Shown piece by piece: positions 34,312 to 43,962 of a stretch of 64,000 nt of DNA. A program made the translations under genes and the position numbers. The notes below the pieces were generated by a model. The model searched no databases, was not told the origin of the DNA, and was given only the letters and a program-made list of their open reading frames with translations. This DNA comes from an uncultured Myxococcales bacterium (GTDB taxonomy: Bacteria; Myxococcota_A; UBA9042). Numbering within the stretch: the stretch's first letter is position 1; each line of letters starts with the position of its first letter. The stretch is taken from contig CALENB010000101.1 of assembly GCA_937910235.1 (NCBI GenBank), positions 2,098 through 66,097 of the forward strand, in the 5' to 3' direction.

Positions 34312-34386
34312 GCTGCGACCACTGTTGCTGCGACCACTGTTGCTGCGACCACTGCTGCGGCGATCACGGTTGCGGTGATCGACGTT
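34312..34386. repeat. 15-bp tandem repeat (GCTGCGACCACTGTT x3 plus 2 degenerate copies) in the yajC-secD intergenic region
   Basis: Direct reading. Three near-identical copies are followed by GCGGCGATCACGGTT and GCGGTGATCGACGTT. Confidence 0.8.
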
Positions 34387-34443
34387 CTACAGGTCGATCG
34401 TTCTTGAGCGGTCCGAGTGGGGCGCGCTCGATCGTTCATGTGC

Positions 34444-34862
34444 CTAGCGGGCACCAGCGCTGGCGACTGCGTCTACCGCGTCGCCTTCTACGCCAGCGAC
34501 CTGGCTCTTCAGCACCTTGATGACCACCTTAGGGGCGATCTCCAGTTTCACTGCCTTGTCTTCGAGCGCGGTGATCGTGCCGTAGATCCCGCTCGACGTG
34601 ACGACCTTGGTGCCGATCTTCAACGTCTCGAGGAACCCTGTGTGCTCCTTCGCCTTCTTCTGCTGAGGACGGAGGATGAGCAGCCAAAACACGAGGAAGA
34701 TCGCGCCAAAGATGAGCAGCTGCTCAACAAAGGCGCCGGTGCCCCCAGATTTCGCCTCGCCGCCCGCCGCCGCAGCCACGCCGCCCTTGCCGGACGCCGC
34801 CGGTGCGGTCTGTGCGATGCGCAGTAGCGTACCGCCGAGGTTGGTGATGCCCATGCTCATGC
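34444..34862 (-). CDS. yajC: Preprotein translocase subunit YajC
   Basis: Single TM plus conserved YajC core (LLIFGAIFLVFWLLILRPQQKKAKEHTGFLETLKIGTKVVTSSGIYGTI). The longer ORF extension to 34959 is probably non-coding. Confidence 0.8.
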
Positions 34863-35122
34863 GCTGCACTCTCCCTGCCGCCTGGCCCCGCGCGTCGCCC
34901 CCCTTAGGAAGCCCTTGCGAGGTGCCGCTCCCACGAGGATGGCCCGGGTTGGGACGCATTCAAGTCGTGGGAATCATTATAGTTCAGCCCTTGCGCCATG
35001 CGCCAGAGGGTCTTGGAGCATGGGCTTGTAGCAGACGACTGCTTTCGGGTCAATGAATCCCGAGGCTTAGATCCGAGCGTCGCGGGCCCGTTGCGTCTGG
35101 TCGAATATGCCGTTGCGGTCCT

Positions 35123-36298
35123 TCAGCGCGCCGTTTGCAGCCGGAGGACGAAGGTCGCGCCGCGGGCTGGGACGGCCGCGCCAACGCGCTCGTCGTGTGC
35201 ATCATCGGGCGCTAGGTGCAGCTGCCCGCCGGCGGCCTGGGCCAACCGGCGACTCACCGCGAGGCCGAGACCGGAGCCGACCCCGTCGGGTTTGGTCGTG
35301 AAGAAGGGGTCGAAGATCTGGGCCCGCACCGACTCGGGTACGCCCGGGCCGTCGTCGCTGACGCTCACGAACACGGCGGTATCGGCCAGCGAGAGCCGCA
35401 CCGTGACCGCGCCCTGATTCGCCGTCGCGTCCGCGGCGTTGATGAGGAGGTTCAGCACGATCTGCTCCAGATGCCGCGGCGCGATGGCCGCGGTCGCCTC
35501 GCCGACCGCGTCGCCACCGACGAGTGTAAGGGCGACGCGGCGGCACTTCTGGTGCAACCGGGCGAGCGCGATCGTGGCTTGCACGGTCTGCCGGACTCGG
35601 GTGACTTCGAGCCGAGCGATTCCGACGCCACCGGCGGCGGCGCGCTGCGCCGGCAGGCCAAAGGCGTTGAGCTCGCGCACGATGGCATCGACCCGAGACA
35701 GGGCCTCGTCGATCTGGTCGACGTAGCGCGCTGCGGCGGCCCCGGTCTCGGCCGCACCGACCCCGTCGGCCGCTAGCGCTGCGACGACGCCATAGCGAAG
35801 GCTATCGACACAGGCCACCGCGATCGCGAGGGGGGAGCCCAGCTCGTGTGCCGCGCCGAGGGCGAGCTGGCCGGTCAACGAGAGCCGGTCGGCGGCGGCG
35901 AGGCCATCGGCGGCGTGGTCGAGCAGCGCTTGGATGGCATCGAGACGACCGCCACGATCGAGGTCGGCTTCACGCGCGCGTTGCCGCAACGTCTGCAGGC
36001 TGTGGCGCAAGATGCTGATCTCTTCGGCGCCCGCGTCGCCGGTGTCCCGCGCGAGCTGCTCCAGCGGGGCGACGAGCCACACCCGCGAAGCCACCCCGCC
36101 GACGCCGACGCCCAACGCCGCGATCGCGGCCGCGGTCAGCCAGAGCAGACGCTGCGCCGCGACGACCGTGATGGCCATGTCAGCGGGCGCCGCGGCGGCG
36201 ACTTCGCGCAGCAGCCCGGCAGCGACGACACCGATCGCGACCACCACGCCGAGCAGCAGCGCACCGAGCAGCAACAGCACGCGGTGCCGCAAACGCAT
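35123..36298 (-). CDS. Sensor histidine kinase (2 TM, HisKA + HATPase_c)
   Basis: H-box [11 protein letters not shown] and N/G boxes ([33 protein letters not shown]). Confidence 0.8.
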   Translation of the reverse strand: MRLRHRVLLLLGALLLGVVVAIGVVAAGLLREVAAAAPADMAITVVAAQRLLWLTAAAIAALGVGVGGVASRVWLVAPLEQLARDTGDAGAEEISILRHSLQTLRQRAREADLDRGGRLDAIQALLDHAADGLAAADRLSLTGQLALGAAHELGSPLAIAVACVDSLRYGVVAALAADGVGAAETGAAAARYVDQIDEALSRVDAIVRELNAFGLPAQRAAAGGVGIARLEVTRVRQTVQATIALARLHQKCRRVALTLVGGDAVGEATAAIAPRHLEQIVLNLLINAADATANQGAVTVRLSLADTAVFVSVSDDGPGVPESVRAQIFDPFFTTKPDGVGSGLGLAVSRRLAQAAGGQLHLAPDDAHDERVGAAVPARGATFVLRLQTAR

Positions 36299-36301
36299 GG
36301 G

Positions 36302-37171
36302 CTAATAGCCCCCGAAATAAGGCGCCAAGACGGGTGCGAGCTGGCGATGCAAGAGCAGGTACTCCAGCCCGCCAAGCACCAAAAACGGGCCGAACGGCAG
36401 GGCGACATGCCGCATCGACGCCAAACCGCGGCGCGCGGCGAGACCATCGGCGGCCTTGGGCGTGAGGAGGGCAGCGCCCGCGGCGAAGAGCAGCCCTTGC
36501 AGGCTGGCCGCGAGCAGAACGGCGGGCAAGGAGCGCAAGCCGAGCCACGCGCCGAGACCAGCGAGCAGCTTGATGTCACCGGTCCCCAGCCCCTCGCGTC
36601 CGGTGATCGCCGCGTAGCCCCACTGCACGGCCAGCAGGCCACCGCCGGCCACAAACGCCGCCGCGGCCGCGTCCTGCCACTGCACGCCGCGCTCTTCGCC
36701 CAGCACGACGGCCACGGCGATGCCAAGCAGCGGCAGCGGTAGACTCATGACGTCGGGGATGATGAAGGTGTCGGCGTCGATCAAGGCGATGCTGATGCAC
36801 GTGAAGAGGAAGACATGCTCTGCGCCCATCCCCAACGCCGCGCGCCAGGGCTCCAGATCGCCGCTCGCCCAGCCTTGCAGCCAGGGCATGGAGACGGCCA
36901 ACGCCAGCGCCGCCGTGACCGCTTCCACGGCCGGGTAGCGGGCCGAGATCGCGACTTTGCAGTAATAACACCGACCACCGAGCCAGGCCCAGCCGAGCAC
37001 CGGCACGTTCTGCCACCACGCCAACCCGTGTCCACACTTAGGGCAGTGGCTCGGCGGGCTGACGACGCTCATGCCGGCCGGCACCCGCCAGATCACGACG
37101 TTGAGAAACGAGCCCCAGATGGCGCCCCAAGCGAGCACGAACATCGTCGCGATGATGATCAACGGATCCAT
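36302..37171 (-). CDS. pilD: Type IV prepilin leader peptidase (A24 family)
   Basis: N-terminal CPKCGH...CYYC zinc motif and A24 membrane core, 289 aa. Confidence 0.8.
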   Translation of the reverse strand: MDPLIIIATMFVLAWGAIWGSFLNVVIWRVPAGMSVVSPPSHCPKCGHGLAWWQNVPVLGWAWLGGRCYYCKVAISARYPAVEAVTAALALAVSMPWLQGWASGDLEPWRAALGMGAEHVFLFTCISIALIDADTFIIPDVMSLPLPLLGIAVAVVLGEERGVQWQDAAAAAFVAGGGLLAVQWGYAAITGREGLGTGDIKLLAGLGAWLGLRSLPAVLLAASLQGLLFAAGAALLTPKAADGLAARRGLASMRHVALPFGPFLVLGGLEYLLLHRQLAPVLAPYFGGY

Positions 37172-37176
37172 GACGC

Positions 37177-38559
37177 CTACACCTTGAGACCGGCGGCCCG
37201 ATAGATCACGTCGACCTCGGCCGGCCAGTCGGCCTCAGCGCCAAGCTGCGCCAAAATGGAGTTCAGACCGAAGTTGATCCGATGGAGAAACACCGACCCT
37301 GGGCGTTTGGTGTCGAAGATGCCGACCTTGAAGATCTTCTTCGCCACCAGCAGCTTCATCTCAGCGGTGCGCGTCGCCAAACGACCCGTATAATCGCGGC
37401 TGTAGCGGTAGGGCTGCGGCGCGAGCAGCGGCTCGAAACTCAGGTACAGGTAGTCCTCGAACGCCTGCCACAGCTCGTCGTCTGCCTCGCGCGGCAGGCC
37501 GTACGCGTCGATAGCCGCCTCGCGAAACGCAGCGCCGCGCGTTCCGGCGTGGGCGAGGTTCCGCACGTGGGCGAAACGCTCGAGTGAGGCGCGATCGTAG
37601 GTCTGCACGCAGCCAAAATCGAGGAACGCCACCTTGCCGTCCGGCAAGAAGAGGTAGTTGCCGGGGTGTGGGTCACCATTGAACCGGCCGTGCACGTACA
37701 TGCTGTGAAAGACAAACCGAAAGATCGCCAGCCCATAGGCGGAGCGCTGCGCGGCGTCGGTGCTCAGCAGCATCTCATCCCATCGCTGACCGTCGATGAA
37801 CTCGCTCGTCAGCACCCTAGGTCCACACAGCGACGGGATCACCCGCGGCACCGCCATCTGCGGGTCATCGCGCCACGCCTCGGCGAACGCCTGCTGATGG
37901 CCCATCTCGGCGACGTAGTCACACTCTTCGAGCACCCGCGACGACACGTCTTGCAGACTCTGCTCGATGTCCATCTTCGGTAGGGCGAGCTTGAACGCGC
38001 GGACGAGGCTGTCCATGTTCTTGAGATCGCTCTTCACCGCGTCGGCGATGCCGGGGTACTGCACTTTCACCGCGACCGGCAGGCCTCTGAGCGCGACGTC
38101 CGGAAAATCAGCCGGCAGCTGGGCGCGATACACTTGCCCGATCGACGCCGCGGCGATGGGCTCGCGGTCAAATGCGTCGAACAGCGCGTCGGGAGGCGCG
38201 CCGAGGTCTTCATGCATCATCGCTTCGATGCTCTCCCACAGCATCGGACGGCTCCGCACCTGCAGCTCTCGCAGCGTCTCGCGGTAGGTGTCGCGATGCT
38301 CCGGTGGGATGAAGTCGTCGATGTAGCTGAGCAGCTGGCCGAGCTTCATCGGTAGCCCTTTCATCTCACCGAGATGCCGCGCCAGCGTCTTGCTCACCCC
38401 CCTGTGCAGCGTGACCGAGGCGGCGTCCGCGCTCGCGCTCGTGGCCAACCGGCCAGCGGCGGTCGCTGCGTTACCCGCCAAGCGGGCGGCCATCCCACCG
38501 AGCATAGCGACACGACCGAGTCGGCTGGAGCGGACCTTCTTGGCTGGATCGTCGTTCAT
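37177..38559 (-). CDS. ubiB: ABC1/UbiB-family atypical protein kinase
   Basis: ABC1 motifs (VAVKVQYPGIADAVKSDLKNM, HGDPHPGNYLFLPDGKVAFLDFG). Confidence 0.8.
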   Translation of the reverse strand: MNDDPAKKVRSSRLGRVAMLGGMAARLAGNAATAAGRLATSASADAASVTLHRGVSKTLARHLGEMKGLPMKLGQLLSYIDDFIPPEHRDTYRETLRELQVRSRPMLWESIEAMMHEDLGAPPDALFDAFDREPIAAASIGQVYRAQLPADFPDVALRGLPVAVKVQYPGIADAVKSDLKNMDSLVRAFKLALPKMDIEQSLQDVSSRVLEECDYVAEMGHQQAFAEAWRDDPQMAVPRVIPSLCGPRVLTSEFIDGQRWDEMLLSTDAAQRSAYGLAIFRFVFHSMYVHGRFNGDPHPGNYLFLPDGKVAFLDFGCVQTYDRASLERFAHVRNLAHAGTRGAAFREAAIDAYGLPREADDELWQAFEDYLYLSFEPLLAPQPYRYSRDYTGRLATRTAEMKLLVAKKIFKVGIFDTKRPGSVFLHRINFGLNSILAQLGAEADWPAEVDVIYRAAGLKV

Positions 38560-38605
38560 GCACCCCCGCTGCGGCTGGCGGCGAGCCTAGCACGGCGCCG
38601 CGCCG

Positions 38606-39547
38606 CTACCGAGCCTGCAGGGCTTGATGAGTTGCCGCAGCGAGACGGCGTCCCAGCTCGCCATGCGCGCGCAGCAAATCCGACCACTGCGGCGCGACCT
38701 GCATCGACGCCGCGAGCCGCTGCCGCAGTCGGGTCCCATCCACAAGCTCGTCGGCGCCGCTGTGTGGACCACGCCAGTCAGCATCCGGATGCGGGCGTCG
38801 CTGCGTCGGCAGCCCGGCCCCCGTGAGCAGCGCCGCCACCAGCGTGTCGAGCCGCGGCTGAACCGGCGGGGCGACTTGGAAGCGCTCGATCGGCGCGGCC
38901 ACGCTGGTGGCCGTGGCTGCGTCGCCTGCCAGCGCCACCATCACCGTCGCGGCGTCGTCGGCCGTGATGACGCAGGGTCGCTGCTGTCCATCGCCCGCCA
39001 GCTGAGCGTGCCCCAACCGCTGCGCGTCATCGAGATAGCGCCGTTCGCGCGCGTCGCGGTCGTCCGTCGCCAAGACTTGGGGGAGCAGCAGCGTGATCAC
39101 GTGGGCGCCCAGCGCTGAGAGCCCGGTCTCCGCGCTGGTCCGGGCGGCGCGTTTGCCCAGACCATAGGCGTCTGAGGGGGGCGGCTCGTGTGCGAGCCCA
39201 ATCTGTGGGTCGATCGGCGTCGCCCACCGCGCCGGGCTTCGTTCGGCCAGTGACGACGCCAAGATCAGCAACCGAGGCCGCCGCGCGCAGGCCGCCCAGG
39301 CCCGCACCAAGGCGTCGCTGTCGGGCGCCTCAAAGGCACAGAGATCGATGATCACGTCCGCGCCATCGAGCAGCCGCAACAACGCAGCGTGGTCGCGACG
39401 GTCGGCCTGCACAAAATCAGCCCAGGTGGCGCTGTCCACGGGCGCATGACGCGCCAAGCCGCGCAGCGCGGCGCACCCGACCCGCCGCTGTAGCGCGCGA
39501 CCGATCCGGCCGGTGGCGCCGATCACGACGAGGCGCAGCTCAGGCAC
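38606..39547 (-). CDS. NAD(P)-binding epimerase/dehydratase (NmrA/SDR-extended family)
   Basis: N-terminal Rossmann VVIGATGRIGRAL. It overlaps the asd end by 8 nt. Confidence 0.6.
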   Translation of the reverse strand: MPELRLVVIGATGRIGRALQRRVGCAALRGLARHAPVDSATWADFVQADRRDHAALLRLLDGADVIIDLCAFEAPDSDALVRAWAACARRPRLLILASSLAERSPARWATPIDPQIGLAHEPPPSDAYGLGKRAARTSAETGLSALGAHVITLLLPQVLATDDRDARERRYLDDAQRLGHAQLAGDGQQRPCVITADDAATVMVALAGDAATATSVAAPIERFQVAPPVQPRLDTLVAALLTGAGLPTQRRPHPDADWRGPHSGADELVDGTRLRQRLAASMQVAPQWSDLLRAHGELGRRLAAATHQALQAR

Positions 39548-40670
39548 CCAGCTGTTCCCGCAAGATCCGAAGGGTGCGGCGCATCGGCTCGGCCGCGCCC
39601 CAGAGCAGCTGATCGCCGACGGTGAACGCCGTCAGGAACTGGGGGCCCATACGCAGCTTGCGGACGCGGCCGACCGGCACCGTGAGGGTGCCGCTGACCG
39701 CGGCGGGCGTCAGCTGCGCCAAGCTCACCGCCTTGTCGTTTGGCACCAGCTGCGTCCACGGCGTCGTCGCCGCGATCACCGCCTCAATATCGGCGAGCGG
39801 CACGTCGCGCGTCAGCTTGATCGTCAGGGCTTGCGCGTGACTCCGCATGGCACCAACACGCACACAGATGCCATCGATCGGCACCTCGGGGTTGAGACCG
39901 AGGATCTTGTTGGCCTCCACGTGCCCCTTCCACTCCTCACGCGTCGCGCCATCGGGCTGCAGGGTGTCGATCCACGGCAACACCGAGGCGGCGAGCGGCG
40001 CGCCGAAGTTCGTGGTCGGAAAGGCGGAGCCGCGCACCGTGTCGGTCACCTGCTGGTCCAGCGCCAGCGCCGCAGACGCCGGCGAGTCGAGCAACCTGGC
40101 GGCATCGTCACCGATCGCGCGCATCTGAGCGACCAGCTCTCGCATAGTCTTCGCCCCGCCGCCCGACGCGGCTTGGTAGGTCATCGACGTCATCCACTCG
40201 ACCCAGCCCTGCTGAAACAGGCCGCCCAAGCCCATGAGCATCAGGCTGACCGTGCAGTTGCCGCCCACCCAGGTCGTGCAACCAGCGCTGAAGGCGGCGT
40301 CCATCACGGCGCGATTGAGCGGATCCAGCACGATCACGGCGTCATCGGCCATCCGCAGCGCGCTCGCGGCGTCGAGCCAGTGGCCCCGCCAGCCAGCCGC
40401 GCGCAGCTTCGGGTACATCTCGTTGGTCCAAGCGCCGCCCTGGCAGGTCACGACGATGTCGAGCCCCTTGAGCGCGGCCACATCGCCTGCGTCCTGCAAG
40501 ATCGAGGGACCCTGCCCCACATCTGGCGCCGGCTGTCCGGCCTGAGATGTCGAGAAAAAGACGGGTTCAACCCCGACCCAATCACCTTCGGCGGCCATGC
40601 GTTGCAGCAGGACGGAGCCGACCATGCCCCGCCACCCAACCAACCCAACTCGCAGTGTGTGTGTACTCAT
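39540..40670 (-). CDS. asd: Aspartate-semialdehyde dehydrogenase
   Basis: Collinear with E. coli Asd (VGLVGWRGMVGSVLLQRM, VFFSTSQAG, GGNCTVSLMLMGLGGLF, CVRVGAMRSHAQALTIKL). Confidence 0.92.
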   Translation of the reverse strand: MSTHTLRVGLVGWRGMVGSVLLQRMAAEGDWVGVEPVFFSTSQAGQPAPDVGQGPSILQDAGDVAALKGLDIVVTCQGGAWTNEMYPKLRAAGWRGHWLDAASALRMADDAVIVLDPLNRAVMDAAFSAGCTTWVGGNCTVSLMLMGLGGLFQQGWVEWMTSMTYQAASGGGAKTMRELVAQMRAIGDDAARLLDSPASAALALDQQVTDTVRGSAFPTTNFGAPLAASVLPWIDTLQPDGATREEWKGHVEANKILGLNPEVPIDGICVRVGAMRSHAQALTIKLTRDVPLADIEAVIAATTPWTQLVPNDKAVSLAQLTPAAVSGTLTVPVGRVRKLRMGPQFLTAFTVGDQLLWGAAEPMRRTLRILREQLGA

Positions 40671-40694
40671 GCGCCGTTTGTACGGGCTACCGAA

Positions 40695-41510
40695 TCACTC
40701 GGCAAGTCGCGCTTCGATCGCTTTACGCAACGCCGGCAAGTCGAGCCCCTCAATGCGCGCGGCCTGCTTCTTGTCGCGACCAAACACCAACACATAGGGC
40801 AGCGTGTTGACGTCGGCGAGGTGCTTCTTGGCGAACGGCGAGCTCCAGTCACCGATGTCGATGCGGCGCAGGGCGAGGTTCTTGTGCTTGAGCAGCTGCG
40901 CGTACATCTCGCGGTCGACCTGGCGGCACGGCCCACACCAGGTCGCGCCATAGTCGACCACGGTGACCTTGCCGGCGACGGCGAGGCTGGCGATGGCGAG
41001 ATCGGGCGACGGCGAGACGACCTGCTGCACGTCCATCCCAGCGTCGAAGACGACATGCTTCTTGTAAGAGCCCGCGCCGCCACCCACCACCGCCCGGTAG
41101 CCCGCGGCTTGAATGCGTCGGACGACCTCACCTGGCGACACCCGCGTCCGGTCGTAGCGCACGCGCAGCTCAGCCTTGGGTCGATCGACCGTGGCGGAGA
41201 TCACCCCCGGCGTCGCCTTCGCAGCGGTGGCGGAGGTGTTGGCGCAGCTGCTGCACGTGATGTCCTGCAACGAGATCGTCGTCGTAGCTTGATTTTCCGG
41301 CGCAATCGCGGCGCCACCGCAGGATGCGCTGATCAGCACGAGCGCTCCGAGAAGGCCGAGGTTGGCGAGACCCGGCCAGACGAGGCTCGGGCTGGCGAGA
41401 CCCTTCGTTCGGGTGCGTGACGGCTGACGACTGCGCAGCCTTAGGCGACCGTGTCCCCGCGCTCGAGTCTGCTGACAGGGCGGTGGCGACGCGCGCTCGA
41501 TCTTGCTCAT
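40695..41510 (-). CDS. Secreted lipoprotein fusing an HMA (CxxC heavy-metal-binding) domain to a thioredoxin-like domain
   Basis: Lipobox (LVLISASCGG), an HMA-like ITCSSC...VVRRIQAAGYRA segment, and a thioredoxin WCGPC motif at the C-terminus. Confidence 0.6.
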   Translation of the reverse strand: MSKIERASPPPCQQTRARGHGRLRLRSRQPSRTRTKGLASPSLVWPGLANLGLLGALVLISASCGGAAIAPENQATTTISLQDITCSSCANTSATAAKATPGVISATVDRPKAELRVRYDRTRVSPGEVVRRIQAAGYRAVVGGGAGSYKKHVVFDAGMDVQQVVSPSPDLAIASLAVAGKVTVVDYGATWCGPCRQVDREMYAQLLKHKNLALRRIDIGDWSSPFAKKHLADVNTLPYVLVFGRDKKQAARIEGLDLPALRKAIEARLAE

Positions 41511-42031
41511 CGTGACGCTCCTGAGGCGGGCTTAGCGCCGCGCTGCTTCGGCACCCACGCCCAGACCATCTCACACACGATCGGCTCCCGCCCGCTCTCG
41601 TCTGTGACCGTCACCGCGACGACCGTCTCGCCCTTCTCCAGCGTCCGAATCTGCTCCTGCTGCGCCACCGTCAGCGTCGCCACCGCGCGCATCGCGCCTT
41701 GGCTGCGCCGCACAAAATCGGTGTGAATCGTCTTGACGACTGGCACGCTGGTGTCCGGCGTGTTCATCCCGACCAAGATCCCGGTCGCGGTCTCGGCCAG
41801 CAACACCATCGCGCCTGCGTGCACCTGGCCGATGTGGTTACGCGCCGGGCGTCGATTCGCGAGCGATGTCTCGACGCGGCTGACGGTGCACACCTCAAAT
41901 CGAACGCCGGTGGTGCCGATGTAGGGCACAACCGTGCGAAACAGCGTGGTCAGCGCGCGACTGCGCAATCGGGCCGGCAACGGGTCGAGTCTGCCGACCA
42001 TAGCGGCGAGACGGTTGGCGTGCTGAGGCAT
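41507..42031 (-). CDS. Hotdog-fold thioesterase-like protein (DUF4442/YiiD_C-like)
   Basis: The RNHIGQVHAGAMVLLAETATGILVG core is typical of this family. Start chosen at MPQHANRLA; the ORF is open up to 42280 but that extension contains DNA tandem repeats. Confidence 0.5.
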   Translation of the reverse strand: MPQHANRLAAMVGRLDPLPARLRSRALTTLFRTVVPYIGTTGVRFEVCTVSRVETSLANRRPARNHIGQVHAGAMVLLAETATGILVGMNTPDTSVPVVKTIHTDFVRRSQGAMRAVATLTVAQQEQIRTLEKGETVVAVTVTDESGREPIVCEMVWAWVPKQRGAKPASGASR

Positions 42032-42175
42032 GAAAACGCTCCGATAGCGCGTGGCGACGACGCGGCCAGTTTCCAACAAGACAGCCCCAAACGCGCCCCC
42101 ACATCGCGCCGCGGACGAAACACAGGGCGACGCAGGGTCGTTCGTCGAAGGGTCGTTCGTCGCAGGCTGAGGCAA

Positions 42176-42192
42176 TTGACGCATTGCGTCAA
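42176..42192. promoter_or_regulatory. Perfect 17-bp palindrome TTGACGCATTGCGTCAA in the divergent promoter region
   Basis: Direct reading. It sits between the divergently transcribed thioesterase-like gene and the acyl-CoA ligase gene, next to two 13-bp direct repeats GGGTCGTTCGTCG (42135-42147 and 42150-42162). Confidence 0.5.
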
Positions 42193-42297
42193 CCACGCGA
42201 ACCAAGGCTTCGGCAATGGTGGGGCTTTTGCAGATTTTTCGCTCGCGTAACGTTCGTCGTCGCTGTACGCTGCGCGCCACCTAACCAGGAGGGACCC

Positions 42298-43962
42298 GTG
42301 AGCGCTCAGAAGCTGTTGCTGGACTATGTGTACGAAAACGAGATCAAGAACGCCGACCGCGTCTACCTGACGCAGCCCCTCGAGGGCGGCCGCGTCGTGG
42401 ATTACACGTGGAAAGAGACGCTCGATCGGGCCCGACGCATGGCGACCTATCTGCAAGCCCAGGGCCTGGAGCGCGGCGATCGTGTCGGCATCATCTCCAA
42501 GAACTGCGCGCACTTCATCATGGCGGAGCTAGCGATCTGGATGGCGGGGTACGTCACGGTCGCGCTGTACCCGACCATCAACGGCGACTCGGTCAAGTAC
42601 ATCCTCGACCACAGCGGCGCGAAGCTGCTGTTCATCGGCAAGCTCGATACGTGGGACGAGATCAAGACGGGGATTGCGGACGACCTGCCCTGCGTCGCGA
42701 TGCCGCTCGCGCCAAAGACGGACTACGTGACGTTCGACAGCGTCGTCGCGAGCACGGAGCCGCTGGCCGGCAAGCCCGCGCGCACGGCGGATGAGCTCGG
42801 TATTCTCATCTACACGTCGGGCTCCACGGGTACGCCGAAGGGCGTGATGCATGGTTTTGGCCAGATGTCGGCGGCGGCCGAGGGCATCGTCAAGGCGTTG
42901 GAGATCAACGCTGAGGATCGCTGCCTGAGCTACCTGCCTCTCGCCCACGTGTTCGAGCGGGCCTACATCGAGACGGCCTCGTTCATCGCGGCGACGCACA
43001 TCTTCTTCGCCGAGTCCCTGACGACGTTTGTGCAAGATCTGAACCGCGCCCGACCGACCGTGTTCATCTCGGTGCCGCGCCTCTGGCTGAAGTTCCAGCT
43101 CGGCGTGTTCAAGAAGCAGCCGCCCAAGAAGCTGGCGATGCTCATGAAGATCCCGATCCTCGGCGGCATCATCAAGAAGAAGGTGCTCACGGGCTTGGGT
43201 CTCGACCAGGTCCGACTCGCCGGCAGTGGCTCCGCGCCGATCCCGGCCGAGCTCATCGCTTGGTACCGCGACTTGGGGCTCAACCTGATCGAGGGTTACG
43301 CCATGAGCGAGGACTTCGCCTACTCGCACTTGTCGCGCGCTGGCTTCGCGGAGCCCGGATACGTGGGTATTCCGTACGACGGTGTCGAAGTGAAGATCAG
43401 CGACGAGGGCGAGATCTTGATCAAGTCCCCTGGCTGCATGCAGGGCTACTTCAACGCGCCCGAGCAGACGGCGGAGAGCTTCACGGAAGACGGCTTCTTC
43501 AAGACCGGCGACCGCGGTGAGCGCAAGCCCAACGGCATGCTCAAGATCACCGGCCGCACCAAGGAGCTGTTCAAGACCTCCAAGGGCAAGTACGTCGCGC
43601 CGGCGCCGATCGAGAACCTGATCAACGTCGACAACAGCATCGAGGCGTCCATGGTCACCGGTTCAGGCCAGCCACAGGCGTGTGCGCTCGTCGTGCTGAA
43701 TGAAGATCTGCGCGCCAAGGCCGGTGACGCCGCCACCCGCGAGCGACTGACGGCAGAGTTCGCCGCGCTGCTGAGCGACGTGAACAGCAAAGTCGAGCAT
43801 CACGAGCACCTGCAGTTTATCGCGGTCATCTCCGACGAGTGGACGATCGAGAGCGGCATGCTGACGCCGACCATGAAGATCCGCCGATCCGCCGTCGAAG
43901 ACGCCTATCACGCGCAGATCGAGGGCTGGTACGAGAGCAAGAGCAAGGTCGTCTGGGCCTGA
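42298..43962 (+). CDS. Long-chain acyl-CoA synthetase (AMP-dependent synthetase/ligase)
   Basis: AMP-binding motif IYTSGSTGTPKGV and the FACS layout. A GTG start is preceded by AGGAGG; the ORF is open from 42184. Confidence 0.8.
   Translation: MSAQKLLLDYVYENEIKNADRVYLTQPLEGGRVVDYTWKETLDRARRMATYLQAQGLERGDRVGIISKNCAHFIMAELAIWMAGYVTVALYPTINGDSVKYILDHSGAKLLFIGKLDTWDEIKTGIADDLPCVAMPLAPKTDYVTFDSVVASTEPLAGKPARTADELGILIYTSGSTGTPKGVMHGFGQMSAAAEGIVKALEINAEDRCLSYLPLAHVFERAYIETASFIAATHIFFAESLTTFVQDLNRARPTVFISVPRLWLKFQLGVFKKQPPKKLAMLMKIPILGGIIKKKVLTGLGLDQVRLAGSGSAPIPAELIAWYRDLGLNLIEGYAMSEDFAYSHLSRAGFAEPGYVGIPYDGVEVKISDEGEILIKSPGCMQGYFNAPEQTAESFTEDGFFKTGDRGERKPNGMLKITGRTKELFKTSKGKYVAPAPIENLINVDNSIEASMVTGSGQPQACALVVLNEDLRAKAGDAATRERLTAEFAALLSDVNSKVEHHEHLQFIAVISDEWTIESGMLTPTMKIRRSAVEDAYHAQIEGWYESKSKVVWA

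Noticed and set aside
34173-34520. 115-aa ORF with CDHCC repeats
   Set aside because: It is a translation of the intergenic 15-bp tandem repeat between secD and yajC, has no start context, and is antisense to the operon.
41507-42280. Full 257-aa ORF as the thioesterase-like CDS
   Set aside because: The N-terminal 83 residues translate DNA tandem repeats (LRRTTLRRTT, NDPSTNDPAS) with no family similarity. The conserved domain begins at the internal Met at 42031.
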